A stretch of 64,000 nt of DNA from the human T2T-CHM13v2.0 reference genome, Homo sapiens, in the NCBI RefSeq assembly GCF_009914755.1, contig NC_060927.1; one strand, given 5' to 3'. Made by a program: the position numbers and the translations under genes. This document shows, piece after piece, positions 20,200-33,041 of this stretch. The notes below the pieces were generated by a model. The model was given only the letters and a program-made list of their open reading frames with translations. It ran no database searches and was not told the DNA's origin. Positions within the stretch are counted from its first letter, which is position 1. The number at the start of each line of letters is the position of its first letter.

Positions 20200-20370
20200 T
20201 CAAATGCTTTACTCAGTATTACCTTATTTCTCACAATCCTATAGAACTACCATATTTATATTCACTTTACAGATGGTGAAGTCGAGGCTAAAAGGCTTTA
20301 GTATCAGAGGTCTGCTGAGTATCAGTTTTGATTTGAAGCCACACATGCCTGCTTTTTAAGCTTGCTTCAG
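20200..20370 (-). mobile_element. MIR relic
   Basis: CTCACAATCCTATAG...ACTTTACAGATGGTGAAGTCGAGGCT resembles the antisense MIR core. Confidence 0.6.
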
Positions 20371-22821
20371 TGCATCATTCTATGTGGTTGCTGTTAGGAA
20401 AAGGAGGTGTGCCTAAGAATATTTACTATAAACTTACTACGAATCTTAAATAAAATTAGACCAATTGAGAAATTGGGGGCTTCAGCTCAAATAAAAGGAT
20501 TAAAATGTAAGTTGAAGCCCAAGGACCCCTTAGAAGAAAAGAATTATGAGAATTGAGACTGAGACGAAATCTACAGGGGAATCACAGGAAACTGATTTTC
20601 TTCTTGTTGGTGCCCTTCTTTCTACACTTTTACATCTGTTTGGAAACTTGTTTCATCTGGTGGTGTTTTTTTCTCTTTCTTCTCTTATTCTGGCTCTTTT
20701 CTGTCTTACAATAATGGACTTATATCCCTTTAAGAAAAAACTATCTGGCTAGTGATATATTCTTAGCTGCTGTCTATTATCACATTATTATTTTATTGTC
20801 AAACATTTCAGAAGGCTAATTAATTGCATATGTGCCTCAAACATCCAAATTTCAAGTTCAAACTCTTTTCCTTTTTCCAAGACTTCTTTTCCTTTTTCTG
20901 AGGTTGTAAGCCTCTTATAAAATTCATCCAGAGCCTGACAATCACAATCACTAAATCAAATTTTCTTTTCCATTCCTTTCAACAATTCAATAAGATATGT
21001 TAACACTAATATTTTTATTCAAAAATATTTATTCCCTGGGCTGCTCTGTCATAAACTTTCCTGGATCTTATATCTCTCAGATTTTTACTTTACTAGCTTC
21101 TTCTTAGGTACTTCTTTTTCCTCCCACCCTTATAAGTTGGCCATTTTCTACTCCCCTGTGCCAAGTTTTTTTTTTCCCCTCTTTTACACAGAACCCTTCT
21201 ACTCCGATGCTTCCCATTGCTTCTGAACTCTAAATGATCCTGAGATGTATCCATAATTCTGATCAATGAAGCAATACATAATGAACGCTGATTGACTTTC
21301 TTTTCACTCCAGAATCCATAACTTTGAACCCGACTCTAAATCTCAATCTCTAGTTTCACATTTGCAACGAACATTGTCCTACATGTCTTTTGAAGAGTTC
21401 AAATAAAAGATAACTTAAACAAGACTTATCTTCCTTTCCCCTAAACCTTTTTTTAACATATTGATTTTCTTGATGGCAAAATAGTAATTTTATACATCAA
21501 GGCTTGAAACCTCTGATTTATCTTTGGTTTATTTCTACCTTCACTTTAGAGACATCCTTAGTTACATTTATTCCTGAGATGTCACATCCCCTACTTCAGA
21601 TGCAGTGGGGTATAGCTCTTCAGAGGAAGAGTTTGGGGGTTGACTATCTGGTCTCAGGTGCTATTTGCACTACTTTTTAGATGCATAAATCACTTAATAT
21701 AAACAATTTGAATAATAAAGTTTAATAGGCTAGCTGAAAAATCAAACAAATTAAGTGATATGAAGTACTTGGCAGGACACAAGGAATGTTAGCTTTTATT
21801 ATTGGTCAGGTAATTTTTATTAGTTTTCACATAGGTTTTCCCAATGTCCTCCTAAATGCCATTCTGGCCTACAGACTTTTATCTATACCAATTTATTCCA
21901 TATGTTTTTAGAGAGGAATAATTATTTTCCACTCCTGAAATTGTGCTTACAGTCTTCTTTCACTTATCTTACTCTTGCTCAGTGTATGTAGGTGGTATGA
22001 CATCTCGTTGGTAAATGAGCAGATAGGTCTATTTTGCTGGACTCAGATCAACCTCTCTTTTGGAACAAGTTGACAACTAGCCTACCTAGATTAAGTGTTC
22101 TGAAACTGGCTGGGTATATGGTGCTACTTCTGAAGTTCAATTAGCAGGTCCATTAGGTTCTTACACTGAGCTCTAATTTGGAGCTGTCAGTAATAATGAT
22201 CCTATTCCAATCAGTATCTACCACTCCATTGTTTTGTTTCTCGAAAGTTGAGAAAATCAGTTTCCTCTTCTGAGGAACTCACTTACAGAAACTCATATAT
22301 AGGAGTAGCATTTTCACTACCAAATGACAATGAGCATTACCAATGCCCATTCTCATCTTGCCATTCAAAAAAAAAAATAAAGGCTTTGTTTAAGTCATTC
22401 ACTTAACAAATATGAGCTAAAGAGGAGGATCGAGTGGCTGCTGAGGTGACAGCATCTAAATAATGTTCTGGTGCATGTTGGAAGAGAGATGATGTATAAC
22501 CACTTGGCTGGCCTAATGTTCATCCTCACAAATCCTTCAACCTAGGGCTGACAATCTTATAGAGTCTGTATAATGCTGAACTTTGTCACATGAGACAAAT
22601 CACAGAGATGTGGAGCCTTTCTTTTGTACTTCTTGCATTTAGGTTGTAAAACTCCCGTCAAATTTATCACATAGTTCCCTGTATTATAATTGTTAGAGTT
22701 TTCAATGTAGCTATACAACAAGAGAGAGGCTTCTTGATAAGCAATACTGTATTTCAAATAGCTATACTAAGAACTATTACACCAAGAGGAATGTCAATAA
22801 ATATTTGATGAATGAACTAAT

Positions 22822-23025
22822 GTATAGCAGTAGAAACAGCATTATCCTTTTAATCAAACAGACATGAGCTTAATATCAGCTTCATCCCTCACTGAGCAGT
22901 TTTCTTTCTTATATATAAAATTGGAGTAATAATACAGAACTGACCTGAGAATTACATAAAATAGTATATATTAACACACAAATCACAGTACCTGGTGGAT
23001 AACAGATAGTCACTGCATGTTAATA
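22822..23025 (+). mobile_element. MIR relic
   Basis: GTATAGCAGTAGAAACAGC...TAAAATTGGAGTAATAATAC...CACAGTACCTGG. Confidence 0.55.
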
Positions 23026-23934
23026 TGTTTACATATTGCCTAAATACTGGTTGAATACCTATAATTTGTGAGACTATTCTCTGTCATGCAAAGCACAGGA
23101 GTCTGTTGCTTTTCATTACCATTTCTGAATTGCCCAGAGTTAAAACTTGGGGGACCTACTTTGATATTGACATTATATTTTCTCTCTAAAGTCTACTTTG
23201 TACCAGTTAATATCACAACAAATTTCACACTTTGAACTATTGGTTTATCAAAGAATTCAGGATGGCTGACAAGTGCCCAAATGACTGTGTAATGAAGACT
23301 TCATTAGAAGATATGTCGCTGCGTAGCAATGATGACCTTTAGTGAGGCAGTAGGGGATGCTCAGTGTGTTCTCAAATCTCACTAACAAGATGACATGATT
23401 TAGATTTTTACTTCAGTTGCTTAGTTACCAGTCTCTGTAAATCTTTTTCTGTTTCTTCTAAGAGTTTTTTTTTTTTTAAGGAAATAGCAACAGTTTTATA
23501 TTTTTCTTAAAAATAGCACTCACACATATGGCTTGAAAGAAGAAATCTCTCTCCTTAGGGAAGAAAAGGGGGATTGTAGGTGATTGGAATGGGCAATAAT
23601 GTCTAGAGAGATTTCTGGGTAAGGAAAAGCTGATAGTGACAGACTGTGTTGGAAGAGAGACAACGCAACCTTGAAATGGGAATTAACCAGCAAGAGAACA
23701 TGACTGGAAATATCCTAATGTCACTAGAAACAAAGCTAGAGTCATTTTGTAACCAATATAAGATTTAAACTTCTATTTGAGGCACTTTATTTTGACGCTT
23801 TGTTTTTTTGATGTTTGTTAAATGTTATTATTTTCCTTATTGACTTGCCTGGTAAGTTGGTAAAGTGATTTCTAGCTTCTAAGAATCCATTTAAGCCATG
23901 TTGTGTCCATGGATGTCAGAAATAACTCAATTAA

Positions 23935-24248
23935 GGCCGGATGCTGTGGCTCACGCCTGTAATCCCAGTACTTTGGGAGGCTGAGGCAACCTGACTTTAG
24001 GTCAGGAGTTTAAGACCAGCTTGGCCAACATGGTGAAACCCCGTCTCTAGTAAAAATACAAAAATTATCTGGGCATGGTGGCATGCGCCTGTAGTCCCAC
24101 CTACTCAGGAGGCTGAGGCAGGAGAATCACCTGAACCCAGGAAGCAGAGGCTGCAGTGAGCCAAGATTGCTCCACTGTACTTCAGCCTCGGTGACAGAGC
24201 AAGACTCTGTTTCAAAAAAAAAAAAAAGAAAAAAAAGAAAAAAAAAAA
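23935..24248 (+). mobile_element. Alu (AluSx/Sz-like)
   Basis: Dimeric Alu with A-rich tail; TSD core AACTCAAT on both sides. Confidence 0.96.
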
Positions 24249-24321
24249 GAACTCAATACCTTTGACTTTAGTTTTTACTCTGAATCTAAGATTGAAATTA
24301 AAAGAAATGATATATCTTCCT

Positions 24322-27110
24322 GTTTTTATTATGGTAAACTTTACATACAAATTACCAAGTTAACTATTTTTAAGTGTACAGTTAAATTACACTAAATACA
24401 TTCATATTCCTATGCAACCATCACCACCATCCATCCCTGAACTCTTTTACGAAAATTTGTACCTCTTAACCAATAAATTCCGATTCCCTTTCCCCCACAG
24501 TCCTTGGCAACCGCCATTTTACTTTCTCTTTCTGTAATTTTGACTATTCTAACTACCTCACATAAACAAAATAATACAGTATCTATCAGTTTATGATAGG
24601 TTTATTTCACTTATCATGATTTCCTCAAGGTTTCTCTATGTTGGAGCATTTGGCAGAATTTTCTTCCTTTTTAAGGCTGAATAATCCTACATTGTATGTA
24701 TATATTACATTTTGCTTATCTATCCATTTGTGGATAGAAACATTGGTTGCTTCCACATTTTAGCAATTCTGAATAATGCTGCTCTGAACATGGGTGTACA
24801 AATATCTCTTCAGGATCCTTCTTTCAGTTCTTTTGAATATACCCAGATATTGTAATTCTATTTTTATTTTCTTGAGGAATTACCATACTTTCCAGAGTGA
24901 CTGTACCATTTACATGATTACCAACAGTACATAAGGGTTTCAATTTCTACACATACTTGCTAACACCTGTTGTTTTTAAAAAATATATACAGTAGTTATC
25001 CTAATATAGCACTATATTGGTATGTGAGGTAAAATCTCACTTTGGTGTTCGTTTGCATTTCCCTAATGATTAGTGATATTAAGCATCTTTTCATATGATA
25101 TTATTAGTCATTTGTATATCTTTGTGGAGAAAAGTCTATCTAAGTTCTTGGCCTATGTTTGAATCAGGTTATTTGATTTTTTTTTTTGTTTTATTTTGTT
25201 GTTGAGTTTTATGAGTTCTCTATATATTGTGGATATTAATCCATTTTCATATACGGTTTGTGAATATTTTCTTCTATTCTGGGGGTCGCTTGTTTACTTT
25301 GTTTATAGCGGTTTTGAGTCACAATTTTTAAAAATTAATGAAGTCCTATTTGTCTATTTTTGTTGTTTTTGCTTGTGTCTTTGGTGTCATATCTAAGAAA
25401 GCATTGCCAAATCCAGTGTTGTGAAGTTTTTGCCCTAAAAGTTTTCTTCTAAAAGTTGCATATTTTTAGTCTTACACTTAGGTATTTCATCCATGTTAAG
25501 TTTGTATATGGTGTTAGGTAAGGGTTTGACTTCATCTATTTGTGTGTGGATATTCAGTTTTCTTGGTACCATTTGTTGAAATAAGATTCCTTTCTGCATT
25601 GTATGGTCTCGATGCTCCGATTGAAAATAATTGCCACACATATGAAAGTTTCTAGTATTTCTATTTCCTTTTGTTGGTCTATATATCTGTCTTTATGTCA
25701 ATATCAAATTGTTTGGATTACTGAAGATTTGTAGTAAACTTTGATATCAGGAATTGTGAGTCTTAAAAGCTTTGTTTTTCTTGTTCAAGATTGTTTTTAC
25801 TACTTTGGGTCCTTTGAGATTCCATATGAATTTTTGGATGGGTTTTCCTATTTCTGAGAAAAAAGCATCATGGGAGTTTAATAGAGATTGCAGTGAATCT
25901 GTAGATTGCTCTGGGTAGTATTGACTTCTTTACATTAAGTCTTCCAATTAGTAAACATGGGATGTTTCTCCATTTATGTCCTTTAAAAATTTCTTTCAGC
26001 AGTATTTTGTAGTTTTCATCGTACAAGTCTTTCACTTCCTTAAGTTAATTCCTAAATATTTTATTCTATTTGATGCTATCATAATAGAATTGCTTTTTAA
26101 ATTTCCTATTCAAATTATTCATTGTTCATGTATAAAGTGTAAATTTTGTGTTGACTTTTTATCCTACTTTTTGAATAAGTATATCGGTTTTAATGTATTT
26201 TTTGTAAAATATTTTTCTACATACAATATCACATATGAATAGACATAATTTTACCTTTTTTTCCTTAATTTGCATGTTTTTTATTTCTTTTTGTCTAATT
26301 GGTCAGGGTGAAACTTCCAGTACTATGTTGGATGACAGTGGTGAAAGTGGGCATCCTTGCCTTTTTACTGATTTTAGAAGATAAGCTTTAGTCATTTACC
26401 ATTGAATATATGATGTTCATTGGTATTTTATGTACATGGAGGTTTTCTTATGTTGAGTTAGTTCTTTCTACTCCTAGTTTGATGAGTGCTTTTTATCATA
26501 AAAAAGTTTTGAATTTTTTTTTCAACTGTCTTTTTTTCTGCATCTTTTGAGATAATTATGTGTTTTTTCCCCCTTTAACTCTGTTAATCTGGTGTATTAC
26601 ATATATATTTTCTGTGTTGAACAATCCTTGCATTCCAGGAATAAATCTCACTTGCTCTTGCTGAGATTTTAATATGCTGCTGAATTAAGTTTCCTAGTAT
26701 TTTGATGAGAATTTTTGCATTGACATTCATCAGAGAAATTGGTCTGTAATTTTCTTGTGGTGTTCTGGTCTGGCTTTGGTATTCAGGTAATGCTGGCCTC
26801 ACTAAATGCATTAGAAAATATTTCTTTTCAACTTTTTGAAAGAGTTTGAGGAAAAAATTGGTTTTAGGCTTTTGTTTTTGTTTGTTTGTTTTTTGTTTTA
26901 ATATTAAGTAGAATTCACCAGTGTAGCCATCAGGTCTAGGACTTGACTTTACTGGGAGATTTTGATTACAGATGCAACTTCCTTACTAGCTATAGGTCTA
27001 TTCAGATGATCTCATTTTTGTGATTTAGTCTTGGTAGGTTTTGCATGTCTAGAAATGTGGCCATTTGATCTAGGTTATCAAATTTATTGTCACAAATTCA
27101 TAGTACTTTT
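24322..27110 (-). mobile_element. Old LINE-1 (L1MB-like), 3'UTR and ORF2
   Basis: Antisense 3' end TTTTTAAGTGTACAG...GCAACCATCACCACCATCCAT; minus-strand ORF2 remnants (ENYRPISLMNVNAKILIKIL). Confidence 0.88.
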
Positions 27111-27284
27111 AAAAAACTCATAATATTTGTGGCGCTTTCTATTTTATGATCTTCCCAGTATCCTCTAGAAGTTTTAAGATTTTAAAGTCAAGATTTAAAT
27201 GGAGAAGAAAGGGACCATCAGGAGAAAAAGAATAGAGCACAAGAAATGAGGTAGAAGGTAAAGATAAAATGTAAAGTAGAGAGG

Positions 27285-27530
27285 ATCTGAGCAGTGATTA
27301 AGAGCTTACTCTAGAGAAGGACTTCCTGGGTTTGAACTCTGGCTTTTTAACACTGAACCAGTAAATTTTATCTCTCATTTTCAGTTTATTTTGTGTGTAA
27401 AATAAAATAATAATTATGATATTTATCTCACATGATTGTTAAGTGGATTAAATATACTAGTACTTAAAAGTAATTAGAATTATAAGTGGAACATTGCATA
27501 TCTCAATAAATATTAGCAACTAATAGTTAT
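27285..27530 (+). mobile_element. MIR relic
   Basis: AGTGATTAAGAGC...CCTGGGTTTGAACTCTGGC...TGTAAAAT...ATCTCACATGATTGTT...CTCAATAAATATTAGC. Confidence 0.7.
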
Positions 27531-28257
27531 TCTAGGAGAATCTACATTAAGGAATTTATAATAAAGATTAAGGCATTTACCAGTATAGAACATGTATTAA
27601 CATTTTAGAAAAGAAGGCTGCACAAAACTCCAGAAGACATCTACAAAAATGCTCTCATAATGTGAGAAATGAATAGAACTACAGCAGCCCTGCTTAAAAG
27701 CTGTAGCTGAGAAAGAAACAGGAACAGAGCTTTAACATAAAAGGAAAAGAACCCTAAGAATCAGAAAATCATAGCATTACATCTGACTATACCTTAGAAC
27801 AGCTTTCTGACCTTGGTCATCATGTCCTTTCACCACTGTGAATATTGCCCTGTTATCTATAAAATTTAGGACATGGGCAATATTATCTCAAAAATTTCAT
27901 CATCGTTAGTATTCTCTGAGGATCACCTGCCTTTTTTGTGACACATCCTTTTAGGAAAGTGAATTTAAAACTAATTGTTCATTATTTATTGCAGATTAAT
28001 TGTCCATTTATATTTCTTCCAGACACTGGGTTTGATGTGCTTAGAATCTGTCAGTGAATAAGGCAGACAAAATTTGTGATAATATAGAACTTTCACTCTA
28101 GGAGAAGTTTTAATTGTTCTCATCTGTTTCTTAACCCCCTACAATATTTTATGATTTTGGTATGTAACTTATTTAGTGGCTTCTTTTGTTGTATCATGTT
28201 TCATTTTAGCCATTGCTTTTAGCTCTCTGAGTGAAAGTAAAAGTTAAACTGAGAATG

Positions 28258-29463
28258 ATGTAGTTTCACACATTTGACCCTCACCATTAATAGTTAAGAG
28301 CAAAAGAGAGAAAAGAACTGTATAATCTCTTAGTTGCAGCAGAGAACTCTGTGGTCAATCAATAAACGTTTCTCTTCCATAATAAAGAAAGAACCAAGTT
28401 GTAGCTGGGTACATGGCTCCAGGGTTATTGGAAAATGTGTTTCTACATTTCTTGTCATTAGTGTTGCCTTGTGAATAAGTTCTGGACAAAGGGAAAGAAA
28501 CAAAGCATACGTATCACTTCTCGGTCATGATGTTCAAACAAAGATATATGAACTACCCTTGCTCATTACTTCTTCTTGTTGGTTGGAGATGACATAAGCC
28601 AAATCCACATCTTAGATTATAAAGAGAAAAGCCATGTGTTGAAGACAGCATAGCTGCCCTCATATGTTCAATAACTGAATAAATTTATATCCTACTTACA
28701 TCACTGTATTTTGTGGCCTGTCTGTTATAGCAGCTTTATTTGTACCCTACATAACAGATGACTAAAACATACCATGGCAAAAAAATTAATAATAATAGTG
28801 TTGAAAACTTAAGCCACTGAAGTCTTTGTCTCTTAGTCACTCTCTTATCCTGGATCATCTAGAAAATTACACAATGTTCTTTTTTTTTTCTTTCTGCAAT
28901 TCTAGTTGGGCTTCATGCTGAGATTCTTTGATCAATGTTTATCAAGAGCCTATGTGTCAGACATTGTTTGGAGATTATATGTAAGCAGGTGAGACAATCA
29001 GTAGAAAAATAAAGTAAGAAATATAAAATATTAATGGTGATAAATTTGATAATGGAAGAGAAGGTATGTGCAGCCTTATCAAGAAGAAAAAATAAAAATA
29101 GTTCGCTGAATATAGGGCATGAGAAGGAAGAGTTAAGGACAGGGCCAAAGTTTTCTGGATGAGCATATAGAAGGATAAAGTTACCATTATCTAAGATAGA
29201 GAAGACTATAGGAGGGGCAGAAATGGGATGGAAGAAGAGACTGAACAACCTATCAGATATCCAAGTAGAGAATGTCAAGTAGGCAGTTGAACATACATGT
29301 AGTTTCACACATTTGACCCTCACCATTAATAGTTAAGAGCAAAATAAAGAAAAGAACTGTATAATCTCTTAGTTGCAGCAGAGAACTCTGTTGTCAATCA
29401 GTAAACATTTCTCTTCCGTAATAAGGAAAGAACCAAGTTGTAGCTCGGTACATGGCTCCAGGG
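28258..29463. repeat. Dispersed 167-bp direct repeat (28258-28424 and 29297-29463), 8 mismatches
   Basis: Base-by-base comparison; no indels, offset 1039 bp. Confidence 0.96.
28335..28757. mobile_element. Old MaLR LTR (MLT1J/I-like)
   Basis: TAGCTGGGTACATGGCT...CTACATTTC...TAAGTTCTGG...TCTGTTATAGCAGC resembles the MLT1J family. Confidence 0.55.
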
Positions 29464-30290
29464 CTTAAGAGGATAAGTAGCAGGTTACAAAACTGTGCCT
29501 GTTGATGGCACACAGATAATTTTAAGCCATATAACTTTATGAAATTAGGAAGGGAATAAATGTAGGTAGAAAAGATAAAATGTTCAAAGACTGAAGTGGA
29601 GTATGCCAACATGAAGGAGTCAGAGAGATGTGGAAGAACCAGCAAAGGAGACTGAGAGGGAGCAGAAGAAAAGCAGAGAATGTGGTATCCTGGAAGACAA
29701 GCAACAGGAAGGTGGAAAAAAGATGAAATTGCAATTATATTATCAGATGCTGCTTGACAGAGCAACAATAGAACTTAACATTACCGTTGAATCTAGCAAT
29801 ACAGTATTCATTGGAGGCCTTGATAGAAGAAATTTTAACAGAGTTGGGGGAGCAAAGCCTGACTGACATTAAGAGTAAGAGAAAAGCAATGGAAGTTATG
29901 ACAGATAACTTGTTCAAAAAATTAGCTACAAGGGGAAGGAGAGAAATAATACTGTATTTGGAGATAAAGTCTTTCCAGAGAGGTTTTTGTTTGTACTGTT
30001 AACGGCTTGTCCACGTGTTCAAATAAGAAACTGTTTTAACATGGATAGGAGTCATCCAGTAGTGACAAAAACTATATTGTCAAACCTAGAGCACAAACAG
30101 AGGAAGTAGCCTTCAATAAAAGCATAGGTAGTCCATCCTGATGTGGAAAAAAGGTGAAGCATGTGAGCTCAGATGTAGGTGGCTGAGTTTATTTAGTAGA
30201 AGCTTGTTTATATGTTCCTCTGATAGTTTCTGTCCCTTCAGTGAACTATAAACAGGGGCATCTGTGAAGTGGAGATAGTGATAGATGGAG
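28930..30290 (-). mobile_element. L2 relic, interrupted by the 167-bp insert
   Basis: ATCCAAGTAGAGAATGTCAAGTAGGCAGTTG and GAACCAGCAAAGGAGACTGAGAGGGAGC are antisense L2 motifs. Confidence 0.7.
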
Positions 30291-31611
30291 AGGAAGTAGT
30301 GATGTCTTCATTTGTTTGGCATTTTTAATTTGTTTTTTGCTTTTTTGTTTTCATTATAAATATATGGATGCTGGGAAAATATATCATGTATTAATAGAAG
30401 TGAGATGTTTACGATGTGACTGATACTGTTCAAGACAACTTCTATACCTTCCTAAAAGTCTTTCAGACTGAGAGGATGAGCTGGTGTCAGATTTGGAAAA
30501 GCTGTCTCCTAAGACTACTGAAGGCTAGACATGCTAAGCAGAAAACATGGAAGAATAGTCAAGTGCAGTCATGTATTTACCAACACATAGAAATCTCTTC
30601 ACCTTTATAGAGACAAGAGAGAAAATAGCCAACCACACAGTATTTAAAATTATTGAAAAAGTATGAGACTTTTCAGAACATACAATTTCCCAACTAATAA
30701 CAGCTTCATTTGATTTGTCAGGGATGAGCTCTCATCTATCTCAGATGATAAAATATCACAGAAAGATTTCTAGACACAGAAAGGTTTCCATTTAAACAAT
30801 AAACTCTAGACACTATTTCTAGGTAAATGACCTGAAATCTATTCTGTAATTATGACAAATAGGTGACAGCAGCACCGCACATCGAGCTCATCAGCACCCT
30901 GCATCTCCACCGGAGACAAAATTCAAAAGATCATTCATCATTTCAATTGTATTAGCCACCATTTGCCAGCATTATTTTAACATTAACCTTTTTCACCTAA
31001 TATCTTTCAACTGAGTTTTCTTTAAATAACTCAGAGAGGAGGTGACTAACTTCTTTCAATTTACGTATTTGGTGGGAAGGTAGAGGCACATTTAAAGGAA
31101 TACAAATTACACAAATTGTTATTCAAGGGGAAAGGTAAATAACGAATTAACACCCAAGAATTACTTGTGACTAGTGGATTTATTTTAGGAGAGGATAGAG
31201 ATGACAACTATATCATATATTTTATGTGACATTCATATATGTTTGTGAATATATGACATAAAAATTTCAACGTGGCATATAGAGTACTGTATACACATCA
31301 ACATAAATGTGGATGTAAGGAACAAAACCTAGCTAGTGATCATTCTTTCTCCCAAAGATAAAATTGCTTATTTTACCAAAATAAGAGAATCCTTTAATCC
31401 TTTCAATCCTTTTCTTACTTGGTTGGGAAGAGTGTGGCATTTGATTAATGGAAGCATTTCCTGTTCTTTAAGGTATCCTTGGGTAGATAGTGGTTATCAT
31501 ATAGTACAGGTGCTCACTTGACGCCCTACCCTGGAATAGAAATCAGGTGAGAGTAACAGACAATCTAAAAGTGTGCAATCTTTTGGCCCAGCGTATCAAT
31601 CTTACAGCCCA

Positions 31612-31662
31612 TAGGTCAGCAAACTTTTTCTGTAAAGGGATATATAATAAATATTTTAAGTT
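31612..31662. mobile_element. MER58 (hAT-Charlie) terminal fragment
   Basis: GGTCAGCAAACTTTTTCTGTAAAGGG...TAAATATTTTA. Confidence 0.6.
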
Positions 31663-32492
31663 AACCTTAGGAGATAAGAAACAAGCAATAAAACAAAGTT
31701 CATGTAATTTATTTCATACAAAGTGAGAGTTTGCATGAAAATGTGGGATCTTTATCAGCACTGAATGCAATATGTATCAAGGTGGTGAAGGGTTATTGGA
31801 GATTCAAACACTGAGCATAACGGCTATCCATCACTGGATTCATGCTTACCTGAATCTTTGTGATGGGTCTTAGGAGAACATGCACAGGACATCAATTCTC
31901 TGTTGCACTCAGAATGCCTTGGGGAAGACAAAATCTGAGGGAGAAAGTACCTGTGATCCTAGGCTTCTGATGTCTTTTGTGTGTCTGTTGTAGGGAAGAG
32001 GCTCAAAATACAGATGTTTCTAATATAATGTCACATATGTGTGTGTTCTGGAAAAACATAGCACAGTAAAAATTGCAGGGTTTATTGGAAAAATAGAGTA
32101 GAATAAAACCGTTAAAACTTTATGAAACTTTATAACCATAGCACTGGAAAAAACTATTAAAGATGAAAACCAACCTAAACCAAAACCCTAACACAATTAA
32201 ATCTCTACTGTCATCAACATCATTATGATAAAATCTCAACCAGCTGATCCTTTGCAACTTTAGACTGGGACTTGCGCTTCTTCCTTAAAAATGAGGCCCT
32301 TGAGGTCATTTACTTATAAGAAAGAAAGTTTCTTCAAAACTAAATATCTAATCTACAGTGTAGACTTCTTCACATTCAATTAACTTAAATCTGAGGGAAA
32401 TACCTTTGCAGCTCTTTCATCTGTATTCCCAGGTTTTCATATAATTTAGCGTGATGGAAGGCATGGTAGTTTTTCAAGCCACTAAAACAAAT

Positions 32493-33041
32493 TTGTTAGT
32501 TTTCTATTGCTATGTGACAAATTATCATAAACTTTGGTACTTAAAGCAATGCACATTTATTATCTCACCATTTCCGTGGGTTTGAAGTCTGCATGGCTTA
32601 GTTGGATCTTTTGTTCCCGGCCTCTCAAAACTGCAATCAAGGTGTCAGCCAGACTATTCTTCTTTCTGGAGCTTAGAGTCCCTTCCAAGCTCACATAGTT
32701 ATTGGAATTCAGTTCATTGCAATTGCAGGACTGAGACCCCTAAACCCTATTTCTTGCTAGCTGTCAGTGAGGGCTGTCTTAGCTTCCAGAGACTCCGCAG
32801 TCCTTTCCCATGTGTCCTTCTCGTAGCCCCTCTCACAACATGGCAGCTTACTTCTCCAAGGCCAGCAGCATAATCTCTTACTCCTTACAGTCTTAAGGAA
32901 TGTAATCATTGGAACTACTAACCCATCACTTTGCCACATTATATTTGTTTGAAGGAAGTCATAGTTTTTAGTCACATCCAAGAAGCGGGGATTATATAAA
33001 GATGCAATTCATTGGGGATCTTGTTATGATGTGTGTGCCAC
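32493..33041 (-). mobile_element. MLT1 (MLT1F-like) solo LTR
   Basis: TTAGTTTTCTATTGCT...ACAAATTATCATAAACTT...TGCAATCAAGGTGTCAGCCAG...TGCCACA. Confidence 0.75.

Noticed and set aside
23990-24006. Hairpin CCTGAC-TTTAG-GTCAGG in an Alu
   Set aside because: The Alu consensus already has CCTGA..TCAGG here; small indels explain it.
31505-31552. Possible micro-exon (CAG...CAG|GTGAGA)
   Set aside because: No polypyrimidine tract, no partner exons, no recognisable peptide.
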